This document shows, piece by piece, positions 35,014 to 49,901 of a stretch of 64,000 nucleotides of DNA. Each line of letters opens with the position of its first letter. Within the stretch, counting starts at the first letter, position 1. A program made the position numbers and the translations under genes. Origin of the DNA: Rhodosorus marinus CCMP1338 (lineage: Eukaryota; Plantae; Rhodophyta); the NCBI GenBank assembly GCA_029953675.1, contig JAMWBK010000002.1, forward strand, positions 1,364,001-1,428,000, in the 5' to 3' direction. Below the pieces are notes generated by a model, which was given only the letters and a program-made list of their open reading frames with translations, searched no databases and had not been told where the DNA came from.

Positions 35014-38000
35014 CCTGACAACCGTCCTATGACCTGAAACACTTCTCCTTCCCTTACCGAACAGACCTCTTCCTGTCCAATCAATCGAAAAACATTAACG
35101 GGAAAGCTTATCAATAATAACAATACTAATCAATAAAAATATGCTGAACAAAACCAAAGTTTTCAAAGGATCTATATGCATTCAGTCCTCCTTGTCCCCT
35201 CTTTCCCATCCCCACACAAATCCCAAACCGATCCTAAGCCATATGTAAATAGCAGCGTCCTCTAGGCGCTTTTAAAGAGCCATGCAATGCAGAAGAAGAG
35301 CTTGAGGACGACCCCCATTGTATTGAACTTGTAGCGGCTTCTCGTAAGATTGAATTATAGAAGCAGTTAAGGAGCAAATCCATCCGCTAGCGATAGGACA
35401 GAGAGAGAGAGAGACATGACCTCTTAACTGTTCTCCCATAAGTACTTGGTACTGTTTGGCAGCTCCGGATGCGGTTGTTAAGGATGATCAAGTAGGAAAG
35501 TAGCAGATTCAGCGGTGTTTCTGGTTTGTAGTCTTTATAACGCGGAAAGTCGGTCCGTTGCGTCTCATGACGTATTTGGTTGGCTTATGTCCAAAGGCGT
35601 GAGAAGAACCGGACGAATAGTTTTCAGCCGGTGTGATGGCAAAACACGGTGATCCTCTCTGTACGGTCCTAATAGGGTTGTCAACGTCATCTCGGACGGA
35701 ACTTGGTCTTCCACAAGAGTTCCAGCTGGGATCGGAAAAGAGAATGCTGCAAAATACAATTTGTCCGATGCGGGTAGAAGGCTCAAGTTTGCGTTAGCTT
35801 ACCAAGATTCGTTGAGAAGATGAACGCCATTGCTGTCCAAAAGAAGACGCTTCGAACCTTGTAAACCCTTTTTTTGCGTCGGTTGAAAGGGCTGCTTTTG
35901 CTCTTCTTGTTTGTTTCTTGGCCTTCGCCGGAACGTCTTCCTCACGCCGATGACTTGCAGAGTTGCTGTCTCTGACTAAACGATGATAATGACGTTACGA
36001 TCGTACACGTCAACCGACGTACTTGTCGCCCCGCGCTTAGCTCCAATTGTCAAGAAAGGATAATTTTTATCTCAGGTAAAATCACCCTTTGTCTAGAGAT
36101 GGCTCATCCCCCTTTTCCTCAGCTACCACTACGCCATGCTGAGACTTGCGGAATCATAACCCAAGTAGCCTCGGGAACATGATTATTACTAGAAAACTAA
36201 GCTGTGACAGCTTGTCCACAACCTAGTTTTAAACTATCAGAATTCATTTTTAAACGCTTCAGATCCGGAAATGGGGTGTTGTTTTTGACAAGCGCCAACC
36301 TCTCGCTCTGAAAAGATTCTTCTCTCTTCAGTAGGATACGGAGACCAACGTAACCGTTACCTCTACTGGACAGCTGCCTACTGCAGCGCAACACGGGTTT
36401 TAGGGCTATCTACCTAAGACCACGAACACCTCACACTCACGGGCTCTATGGACCTTTTGCTATATCGCATCTTTAGGGGGAGCGGAGAGTTAATGATGTC
36501 GATGTGCATGGCTTGGGAGCCATACACTTGTAAGATACGTATGTTTTCTTTTTTTTTCAACCTTGCCAGCAGCCTTGCAAGAGGAGAAGAGACTAGGATG
36601 AGAAGCCTTTGAGCTTGGGAGGCGTCCTGCAACATGAGATGTTGCTGTGAAGTTGGGATAGTAGATCACTGAGTCCGGAGGTTTGCTCTCCTAACGTGTT
36701 TCCCAACAGGATCCGATTTCAGCCAGAATTTGAGTATGGCCTCATGCTCGCCATAATACGGCAGAATTCATTATCCAGCAAATGCTTTTTTCTTCAATCC
36801 AAAACACGGTTTCTTGTGGTTTCCGTAATCAAAACCTCGTTCAAAAAGTAGATGAAATTGCTGATGTCTGCCTCTCCCGTTACTATTCTTGAAAATCTCA
36901 AGGTTCGTTTTGTCTAGACTTGACGAAAACCGTATTCTCGCAAATTTATGGATTTGCACGTTCTGGAATAATTGCAGGCATACTGGAACATACAAAAGTC
37001 CCATCCGCACACGCGACTAAACGTTCGCTTGATTGGCACCTATCTAGTCCTCCCTAAAGTCGGGTTGAAATCCTGTTGAATCTACTGTGCCAACCGTCAA
37101 CCCCTTTGGAAAGCGCGCTGGAGGGTTGAGCGATAATACATATCTGTCTCCCCCGCCCTGTCGAGCGCGAACTCTATGCACTTTGGAGAGTCTACCTCTC
37201 CACCGCTACTGCTCGGATGAAGGAGGCAGCGATTGAGATTCGCTTGCACGGGTGGCTACTTGCGGGACACGCGTTCCAGCTATGACTCCGTTTTCGTGTA
37301 TAAACCCTTTCCAACCACCAGCAGGGAGAACACCCCCAATGCACTTGGCTCTCGCGTGTGTTCGATGCTTGGCTTGCAAACAAGGAATTCATACCAGAAA
37401 CTGGCCCCCGATCTGGCGGTCTTGCGGTCTTGGCGTAAGGCCAAAAAAATCAACTATTCAAAAAAGCCCTCGCCCTTGATCCCAATGTGATCCTCCACTG
37501 GATTATCGGAACCCATTAGTTGTTGTTCGACCTTTCGTTTGCAATCAAGCAAGAAACCAACAAACCATACCCCAGAGTTCTTCATCTGCGTCAGTTGATC
37601 GGCCAAAGTTTGTCGAGAATCTATCCAGAAACAAGCCCGTCACCATTCTCCCCGGCACACGAGGGGGTATTTCCATCATGAGAGGCAACACCCCGTATTT
37701 CCATTATTGCTATCCAAGCATCCTGTTTGAGATCGTCCGGATAACAACTCTGTCTACCATTAAAAAAAAAGGAGTCCGTTCAGTCTATAGTCTGCAAACT
37801 TGAAGTACCATCCCCCCCAAAGCCATTTGTTTCGCAGAATCCACCAACAAACGACACGAACGCACATCTGAAAAAAATCTCTCGAAAAACCCTCCCCCCC
37901 CCCCTTCCCGCGGCCACCCCTTTGCCAGTTTCAATTCGGAACCAGACCCTTTAAAAAATTTAAACGAATACAGTCCGCGCTCAGAACACAACAAATTTTA

Positions 38001-39176
38001 GTTCATTCATTCATCTCATTCAGACGACCCCCCTTTCTAGTGTTCAACGATTTCATTGGCACGATACCGATCATTGCAGCGGCCAGAAACGCTTGATAGC
38101 AATGATAAAATATCCTCCCCAACTGACAAGAGCCACAGCCTCCATCGCATTTTACGCATCTTGATTGGATAAAAAGAGATTCTTTTAGACACCTGGTGTT
38201 ATTTTGATTGGCGCATGAGGGGAAACGCGGGACCTTCCGCCGTACAATTTCTCCTCAAGCAAATACATCGGTCTATTGAATAAAAGATTTTTGAAGCACA
38301 GGAAAATCTCCATTCATCCACCACCCTTGATCCCCTGTATTTCATCTTTTTCAAAGTTCAAAGATGTTCCAGCCTCTACGACACCTATTTTCCTCACTTT
38401 CTGAACATCTAATATATATAGGGGCTGGATAGAGTATTACAAATAGTACCTCAGAATCAAATCAAGTTCTTGTTTACCCTTGGCGAATTGAGGGCTACAT
38501 CTGAAGGGGTAAAAATCCAAATCGCCGCCGTACGGGTATGATGAAACTCGATAAAGAAACATCGTTTAATTTAGACCGATTCTCCCTGTCAACGGTAAAA
38601 TATTATAAGGGTAGGCGACTTATTTTGGAACAGACGTGATCCAGTTGACCCTTCCTATTTCTTCTATATTCATTATCACTTTTGTAATAAAACAAATATA
38701 TTTTACTATTCTGAGAGAGAGGAGGGCCACTGGGAGCTCGTTCATACTTTATTCTTCTATTTTCCTACTAAGCAAGTTGGGAATATTTATTATTTTTTCG
38801 TTTGCTTTTTTTCTTCGGTTTTGGACCACTCTGCTTTGCTTTTTTTTTGGTTAAAGAATTCGATGCCTTTTTTTTTAATCAAAGTCCGTTTTAGGCACCA
38901 TGATGAATTAAGTTCTTTTTATTTAATTTTTTGCGATGTCTGAAACGTTGTTGTTGTTTTTTTTCCCCCTTTGACCGGAGGGACTGCGGCAAAAAGGGCG
39001 GAATGGAGAGGTTTGGATTGTGGATTTCTTGGAGAAGGGTTGTGGGAAGAGAATGGTGTTTGGGTCTTTTAAGGTGGGTGAACTGGCTGGAGGAGGGAGG
39101 GTAAGAGGGTGGTGGCAAAGGAATTGGATGAGTTAATTAATTTGTTATATGTTTCTGTGGTGTATTAGGCGCTGAG

Positions 39177-39671
39177 ATGGTCAGTGGAGAGATGAGTCGA
39201 GTGGGTGAGTTAGAGGCCGGTGGTGGAGGTGGTGATGGAGTTGGAGCTGGTGTGGAGGAGTTGGTCGAGGCTAACAGGCAGCTGAAGGCGGAACTGGATG
39301 AAGCCATAATGGAGGCAACCAAGTTGAAGGATCAGCTGAAAGTTGTTGAAGCAGGATCGAAGAATGGAGTAGCGAATGGGAAGAACGCAGCGAAGGCACA
39401 AAGCCGGTACTGGACCAGAGATGAGCACGAGCGTTTTCTTTCGGCAGTGGAGCTGTATGGGTCGAGAGATGTAAGATCCATTGCTGACTACGTAGGAACG
39501 AGAAATCCGACCCAAGTTCGGACTCACGCCCAGAAGTACTTCATGAAAGTTGCGAAGGCGGACTCAGGTGCTAGGAAGGACTCCAAGAAAGGGATGACCA
39601 AGAGTGCGAGCGGGATCGAACTTCTTCTATCAGTTGCTAGTAACCATAGCTCTATTGCGCCGCGGTGCTGA
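39177..39671 (+). CDS. Single-repeat MYB (SHAQKYF/THAQKYF class) transcription factor with N-terminal coiled coil
   Basis: SRYWTRDEHERFLSAVELYGSRDVRSIADYVGTRNPTQVRTHAQKYF, preceded by heptad-like ELVEANRQLKAELDEAIMEATKLKDQL. Confidence 0.9.
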   Translation: MVSGEMSRVGELEAGGGGGDGVGAGVEELVEANRQLKAELDEAIMEATKLKDQLKVVEAGSKNGVANGKNAAKAQSRYWTRDEHERFLSAVELYGSRDVRSIADYVGTRNPTQVRTHAQKYFMKVAKADSGARKDSKKGMTKSASGIELLLSVASNHSSIAPRC

Positions 39672-40690
39672 GCTATCGCGTGCGCAGTGAAATGCTCGCA
39701 AGGTACTGCAAGCGTATTTTTGAGCCTTGGGAAAAAGGCTATGAGGCATGATCTGAGTTTATACCCGCATTCTTCTTCAGTTGATATTTTCTTTCGCGTG
39801 TACAATTGTCACATCGGCGATAGAAGCATGCTTTTGGGTTCTCGTTTTCATGCATTAGACCGTAATAGTTCATGCATATGTTATGCGATATATATTCCCC
39901 TCCGAGGCTGTTTGGTGGTAAAGAATTTGCTTGGTTACGCTTGTGGAACGTGCCATGAACAGTAGCAGGGGGCGAAAACTCTTTGCGACTTTTACTTTTC
40001 CTGGGGCCCAGCAACGGCTTTTTGATCGAGCTGAACCCCTCGCAGCATGTGCCCATCGACCAATCCTTCCCCAGGCACTCGTGTTCTGCACCCCTTGCTT
40101 TTGATCGTGGGCTTTAGTACTAAACTATTCGAAACGGCGAACGCAGGCCGAGTGACAAAATATTGGTCGTGTGGAGCTAGACAACCGTGCCTGCAAACAA
40201 GGAACGTTCCATTGCTCGCCAAAGATCATAACTGAGGAGAAGCTGACTGTTCATTCCTTTGCCCTTCGGGAAACCATCAAGGAAGGCAAACCTTTAAAGA
40301 AAAACAACAACGTGATCACCTCCTCCACTTCAATCGAAAGGTACCTCCTCAAACCCTGAAAAGTCAAAGGGGCTCAAGAAGAGTCCTAAATTGTGCTACT
40401 GACCATACCTCGGGGGAATCGATCTCTCGCTCTCTAGGTCACTTCAATCTCGCAGAGCATATCTTTACATCACTTTAGTACTCATATCTCACCCGGGCTG
40501 AGGCTTTGGAAGCGCATGGTCGACAGCATCGTTTCCTTTTATCCTTGCGATCTGCAAGCGCTCCAATGCAAGCTCAATTTCGAACAATATAGTAAAATTT
40601 TGCCTACTAGATGAGTCCGGTTAGGAGGGAGGAAGATGGAGATGGATACTTCTTGTTGAGATCTTGTGCTTGGATCAGGGCTGCGGCGGT

Positions 40691-40800
40691 TCCGATCCTC
40701 ACTACTGAACTCTTCAACAGATCTAATAACACGAATTAGTGTATGATCCTTGCTTGGAGATAATAGGTGATCTTCCCACTCTTGGGTGGTCTGTTTTCAA
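40691..40800 (-). repeat. Degenerate copy of a DHX16 exon/intron junction (donor locus 47336-47456), same orientation
   Basis: Shared blocks on the + strand: tccgatc(c/t)tcactactgaactcttcaaca, aggtgatcttcccactcttg and tctgttttcaa. Confidence 0.85.
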
Positions 40801-40978
40801 TTGTCTTACAGTCTGTGCCTAGAGATCTTGCCTGATCGCCTTCGGCGGTGACTCCAATCGTTAGGAATTTGATGAGAGAGATTGAGGGAAGGTGTGGATG
40901 GATCGGGTTTGAGGAGGAGTTAGGGCTTGTGTTTGCTGATTTGCTGGATGTGAATTTTGTGGAGAGCAAAAGGCAAGC

Positions 40979-42147
40979 ATGGCGTTTGTAGGATCGTCGT
41001 GTTTAGTGAGGAGGAATGACTTTTGGGTTGAAGGGCGGTGGTCGATGTGTTCGGTCTGGTTGGACGAGGCGAGACGTGCGTGTAAGGATGGGTGGGGGTG
41101 TTGGAGATGTCTTGGACATCATAGGAAACACGCCGCTTTTGGAGTTGGATGAGATTATTACGGGTTCGGAGTGTAAGGCGAGGATCTACGGCGAGGATGG
41201 AGTCGATGGAGCTGTGTTCATCTGTGAAGGATCGAATTGGTAAGAGTAGGATCGTGGAGTGTGAAAAAGCGGGAGAAATCTCACCCGGTGTGACCACTCT
41301 GGTTGAACCGACGAGTGGAAATACTGGAATTGCCCTGGCCTTCGTGGCAGCGGAAAAGGGGTGTGACCTCATTCTGACGATGCCCGAGTCCATGTCCATC
41401 GAACGTCGAATGGTGCTCCTTGGTTTGGAGCAAAGGTTGTACTGACTCCAGCTGCAAAGGGAATGAAAGGGGCACTGAGGAAGGCGGACGAGATTTGCAA
41501 GTCTACCAAAAACTCGTTCATGCTTCAGCAGTTTGCCAATCCAAACAACCCCAATGTACATTTCGAAACCACAGGCCCAGAAATTGCGAATTCTGTAAAA
41601 TGCGATGTGTTCGTATCCGGCGTTGGAACTGGTGGCACATTCACTGGAGCTGGAAGATACCTCAAGTCCGTCAATCCCGACGTACGAATTGTCGGAGTTG
41701 AACCAAAAGAAAGCCCAGTTCTCACTGGAGGAAAGCCAGGGCCACACAAGATTCAGGGTATTGGTGCTGGCTTTGTGCCGCCAATCCTTGACACTACAAT
41801 CTATGATGAAGTGATACAAACGTGATCACGTACGACCAGTGTGGCTGTCCTCGTCTAGTCCCTTTCGCTCTAAACTCCATGCCCTTCATTTGCAGAACCA
41901 GGTGTCTTCCGAATACGCGATCAAGACGGCCCACAAACTGTCCGAAGAATTAGGCATCTTCTGTGGCATTTCTTCGGGAGCCGCTGTGCACGCAGCGATT
42001 CAGGTAGGAAGCAGAGACCAAAACGCGGGGAAGCACATAGTCGCAATCATTCCAAGCTTCGGCGAGCGATATCTAAGTTCACCCCTCTTCGAGAAGCAAA
42101 GAAATCTAGCCTATGACATGAAAGCCGTTGAGCTAGGAGACAGCTAA
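40979..42147 (+). pseudogene. Cysteine synthase (O-acetylserine thiol-lyase), plastid-type, with three apparent frameshifts in its 5' 450 nt (pseudogene or consensus error)
   Basis: MAFVG transit start; IIGNTPL; SSVKDRIG (PLP Lys); [12 protein letters not shown]; [10 protein letters not shown]; QQFANPNNP; GVGTGGT; [12 protein letters not shown]; GISSGAA; PSFGERYLS. Frame breaks at about 41015 (+1), 41196 (+1) and 41423 (-1). Confidence 0.8.
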
Positions 42148-42277
42148 GGCCAAGAACCTAATTTGAGAACTACAAAATCGCCGACTTTTGGGACGTACCA
42201 CCCCCCTCCCACTCCCGCCTCAAGAGGACCTCATCCAACATAAGCAACAATTGAACTTCTTCTGATGACTTTCACGC

Positions 42278-42530
42278 GCTCAGAAACCAGGACGTCCTCG
42301 TTCCCCCAAGCCTGTGCTCAACCTTGCCCGTCAACCAGTCAAGACTACAAAAGCTTCTCGTGTCCTTGGACAACTAGCAGCGACCCGTCGCCTACTAATA
42401 TTGTCCCATCATGTTCTAGTGCCGCTGACCATGAGGAGCTCAGAAACCGAGAGGTCCTCGTTCTCCCAAACCTGTGTCCGAGCTTGATGACCAAACCCAT
42501 AAAGCCGGACGCATTGGAGCTTCCCGTGTC
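42278..42530. repeat. Degenerate two-copy direct repeat, period about 160 nt
   Basis: gctcagaaacc...gtcctcgtt...cc.aa.cctgtg at 42278 and 42438; gcttc.cgtgtcct in both copies. Confidence 0.75.
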
Positions 42531-43232
42531 CTGTCGCAATCCATTGACGACTCCCAGAACTTCCCAGGTAACTGAGTACCTAAGTCTAATGCCTTTGGTT
42601 CCTCGATGGAAGCTCTGACAATATTGTCCAGAGCCGATTGAACGAAAGACGCTAAGGCTTGGCCAGAAGCGGAAAGGTACCTGCACGAAGTCCTTCCTCC
42701 TAGGCCGGATGGTGAGACTTGTATGTAACTCATTGGCGCGGGCAGTGCGACCATCGGCAATGGGTACAGTCTAAGACCGAAAAATGTCTTGACCGGGAGA
42801 GGAGAGCAAGATTCTCATAAACCTGGCTCGGAAGGAGACGCGTCGTTTGATGTGGATATCCCAGGCATATAAAAAAATTTAGGGTCTCCTTCCACACTCT
42901 GCCTGGCAAAGCTACCAAGCTGTCAAGTCAGTACTTCCACCTAAACACATGAATCAACGGCATCAGCACAAGGATTCAAATCTGCAGTCAGGCAGCGGAC
43001 TGCAAGTAGGACTATTGTACCATGAAGACGAATTCGATTTGACTTAGCAGGCTAACTCTAGCTAGAGCCTGCTCCACCTAGAGTTGCTCTTTGTCCCGAT
43101 CGGCGTATATATCGTAATCTACCCGGGACCATGTTCTATACTATTCTGCACCACCTGTCGCTGGCGTCGGGAGGAAGGCGGATGTTGCAACGGGATGAGC
43201 TAGAAGAAAATGATATATTTATAGATATAGAG

Positions 43233-43766
43233 ATGACGTTTGTACTTAATATTCATGGCTTTGGAAATGGCTCTGGTTTGCATAGGAAATGCTGTGCTCG
43301 TCCGCCGAGTCTGGTAATGACCTTGACGAGCAAGGAGCGCGCAGAACTGAGATCGATCGCTGGGAGGAAGGAAATGGTTAAAGAGCTTATTACAATGTTT
43401 ATTAATGAAGATGGCCCTCCTGAGGACTTTTCAATGCGACTTGACAAGGAGCTTGCATCTCATGAGATTGTCAAGGTACAATGTTTCGAACTGGAACAAT
43501 GAAACGTATAATGCTTGGAGGGAACTGAAATACATCGTATTTGAACTGCTTCTCATCCTTCACTATCGTCATCAAATCAGCTGAAAATGAAAGTTAAGAA
43601 GAAGAAAGAGGCGAAGACAATAGCCGAGGTGCTTGTAGGTGGAGTTAACGCGGAGATCGTCCAGGTGACCGGCCACACTGTCGTCGTTTATAGAGAGAGG
43701 AAGAACAGTCCCGGAATAGTCCTGAAATGTCGCACACCTGACCCCGAATCTAACGCATCTAACTAA
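43233..43766 (+). CDS. CRM/YhbY-domain RNA-binding protein with transit-peptide-like N-terminus, 2 exons
   Basis: LTSKERAELRSIA...LDKELASHEIVK | LKMK...AEIVQVTGHTVVVYR is the YhbY/CRS1 signature. The intron starts at gtacaa (about 43476) and ends at atcag (43580). Confidence 0.85.
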
Positions 43767-44242
43767 ATAGGAGATTAACGCCCTCAACTTGACGAGCTTT
43801 TCGAATATGATCTAGTACAAGGCAGCTATCGCGTAGGTTTTCAAGATAGTATGACCATGGATGCTAGTGTAGTCAACAGTAACCATCATGAGAGCTGTCC
43901 ACCAGTTCACCAGTCTACCTGCGAAGCCGTCGGCCATGTGAAGATCGCGGAAGAATCGATCATCGAGGACATGATGCAAACGGTTTTCGCCCCAAACGGG
44001 GACTTGTATCGCTCCAACTTGTCTGAGCTGAACACTATGCCCACACCGTGTGCCTATCGTCACTCTCGGTACCACAGATACTGTGAAAGCCTTCAATCCC
44101 CGAAGAACTCCTTCGGCGTTGAGTCTGTTCTACATCCTTCGCGAGAGGCACTCTCGAATGAACATTTCTTCTGCCTTTTATACTTTGGATACGTCCACAA
44201 AATGCTTTATGTACAAAACCCATGGGCACAGAAATATAAGCC

Positions 44243-48751
<4,509 letters not shown>

Positions 48752-49901
48752 CTTCTACTTACTCCTCTTTCCACGATCTTGCCTTCTCAATTCCTCAAAC
48801 ACCCATCCCTGTCAATACCGCACTGACAAACCAAAAATTCTTAATCATTCCAGATTACCTCTGCAAGCTTACCACTCCACCATAAACCCAGGAACGAAGT
48901 TTATGCAGAGTCCTAACCCTTCCATCCTCGTTCCAGAAGAAAACCAAACGAAGGATTAACCAACGAGCCAAGAAGCGCGTCACTGTGCTCTTCGATCTTA
49001 ATTTACGACAAGAAATCTCGAGTTCTGAAACCTAACCCATCCATGCTCGTCGAGGAGAAGACTTCTTGCTTCCAATCTCCTTATAGCTCCTCGAGCATGA
49101 CACACCTAGCCGACTCTAGATGAAGCTCTTCAATCTATCTCGAATCATGTTGGACGGTAATGACTTCGGCAGTGGAAGGAAAAGACCAGGTAGCCGTATG
49201 TCCGGTGTATAGATAGTATATTGTAGACTCGAAGTGGAATCATTGAGGACCTGGCAAAAAGGTTGCCATGTAATGGAAGGAATAGATTACTTACGCCCAA
49301 GTTTTGGGCGTAAGCGCGGGACGGGGAAACAGTAGAAGAAGGCAACGAAGTTTGGAGAAATACAACAGAGGTCAAGTAGTTTTTCTAACAAATCGCGAGG
49401 AATCTCAAGAGATCTAAGACGGAGCGAAAACCATCCAAGCTTGACGTGGTATTTAACCTGTGACATTGTCCAAGGATACGATTCCAAGATCGCTGGCGAT
49501 GCCATGGGCTGAAACCAACCTTGACTACCGCATGTTACGCAAGATCTGACGCCTCTTACAACTTATAAGGAGAGTATTGCAAGTCCGCCTGAGTGAGGTT
49601 ACTGTGGACAGAGACCAGATAACCATCCGCCGGGATTAAGGAAAGGATTTAAATACCATTAGCAGTACCAAGCGGCGCAACCGTTAATGAAGAGCAACCG
49701 CAATTTGAGTCCCTCCAAAACTTAGCTTCATTTGTGCCCCACCGCAAGAACAATAATGACCATCGTAAACGAGTTCGTTAAAAAAAACAAATCTTTATTA
49801 TTAGATTTAATGACTAACAGACTGGACTTTACTAGCAACAGACTAGCATTCGAGACTTCTGGTAAGGCACAGTGATAACAACTACATGATAGTGAGCGAT
49901 C

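Noticed and set aside
40979-41460. Programmed ribosomal frameshifting in cysteine synthase
   Set aside because: It would need three shifts in different directions, with no slippery heptamers at the breaks and with accompanying missense changes.
40920-41819. 299-aa minus-strand ORF
   Set aside because: It is the antisense shadow of cysteine synthase; the motifs are all on the + strand.
49287-49505. 72-aa ATG ORF with a GTAAGT donor
   Set aside because: Splicing yields an immediate stop. The F-box-like resemblance is too weak to support.
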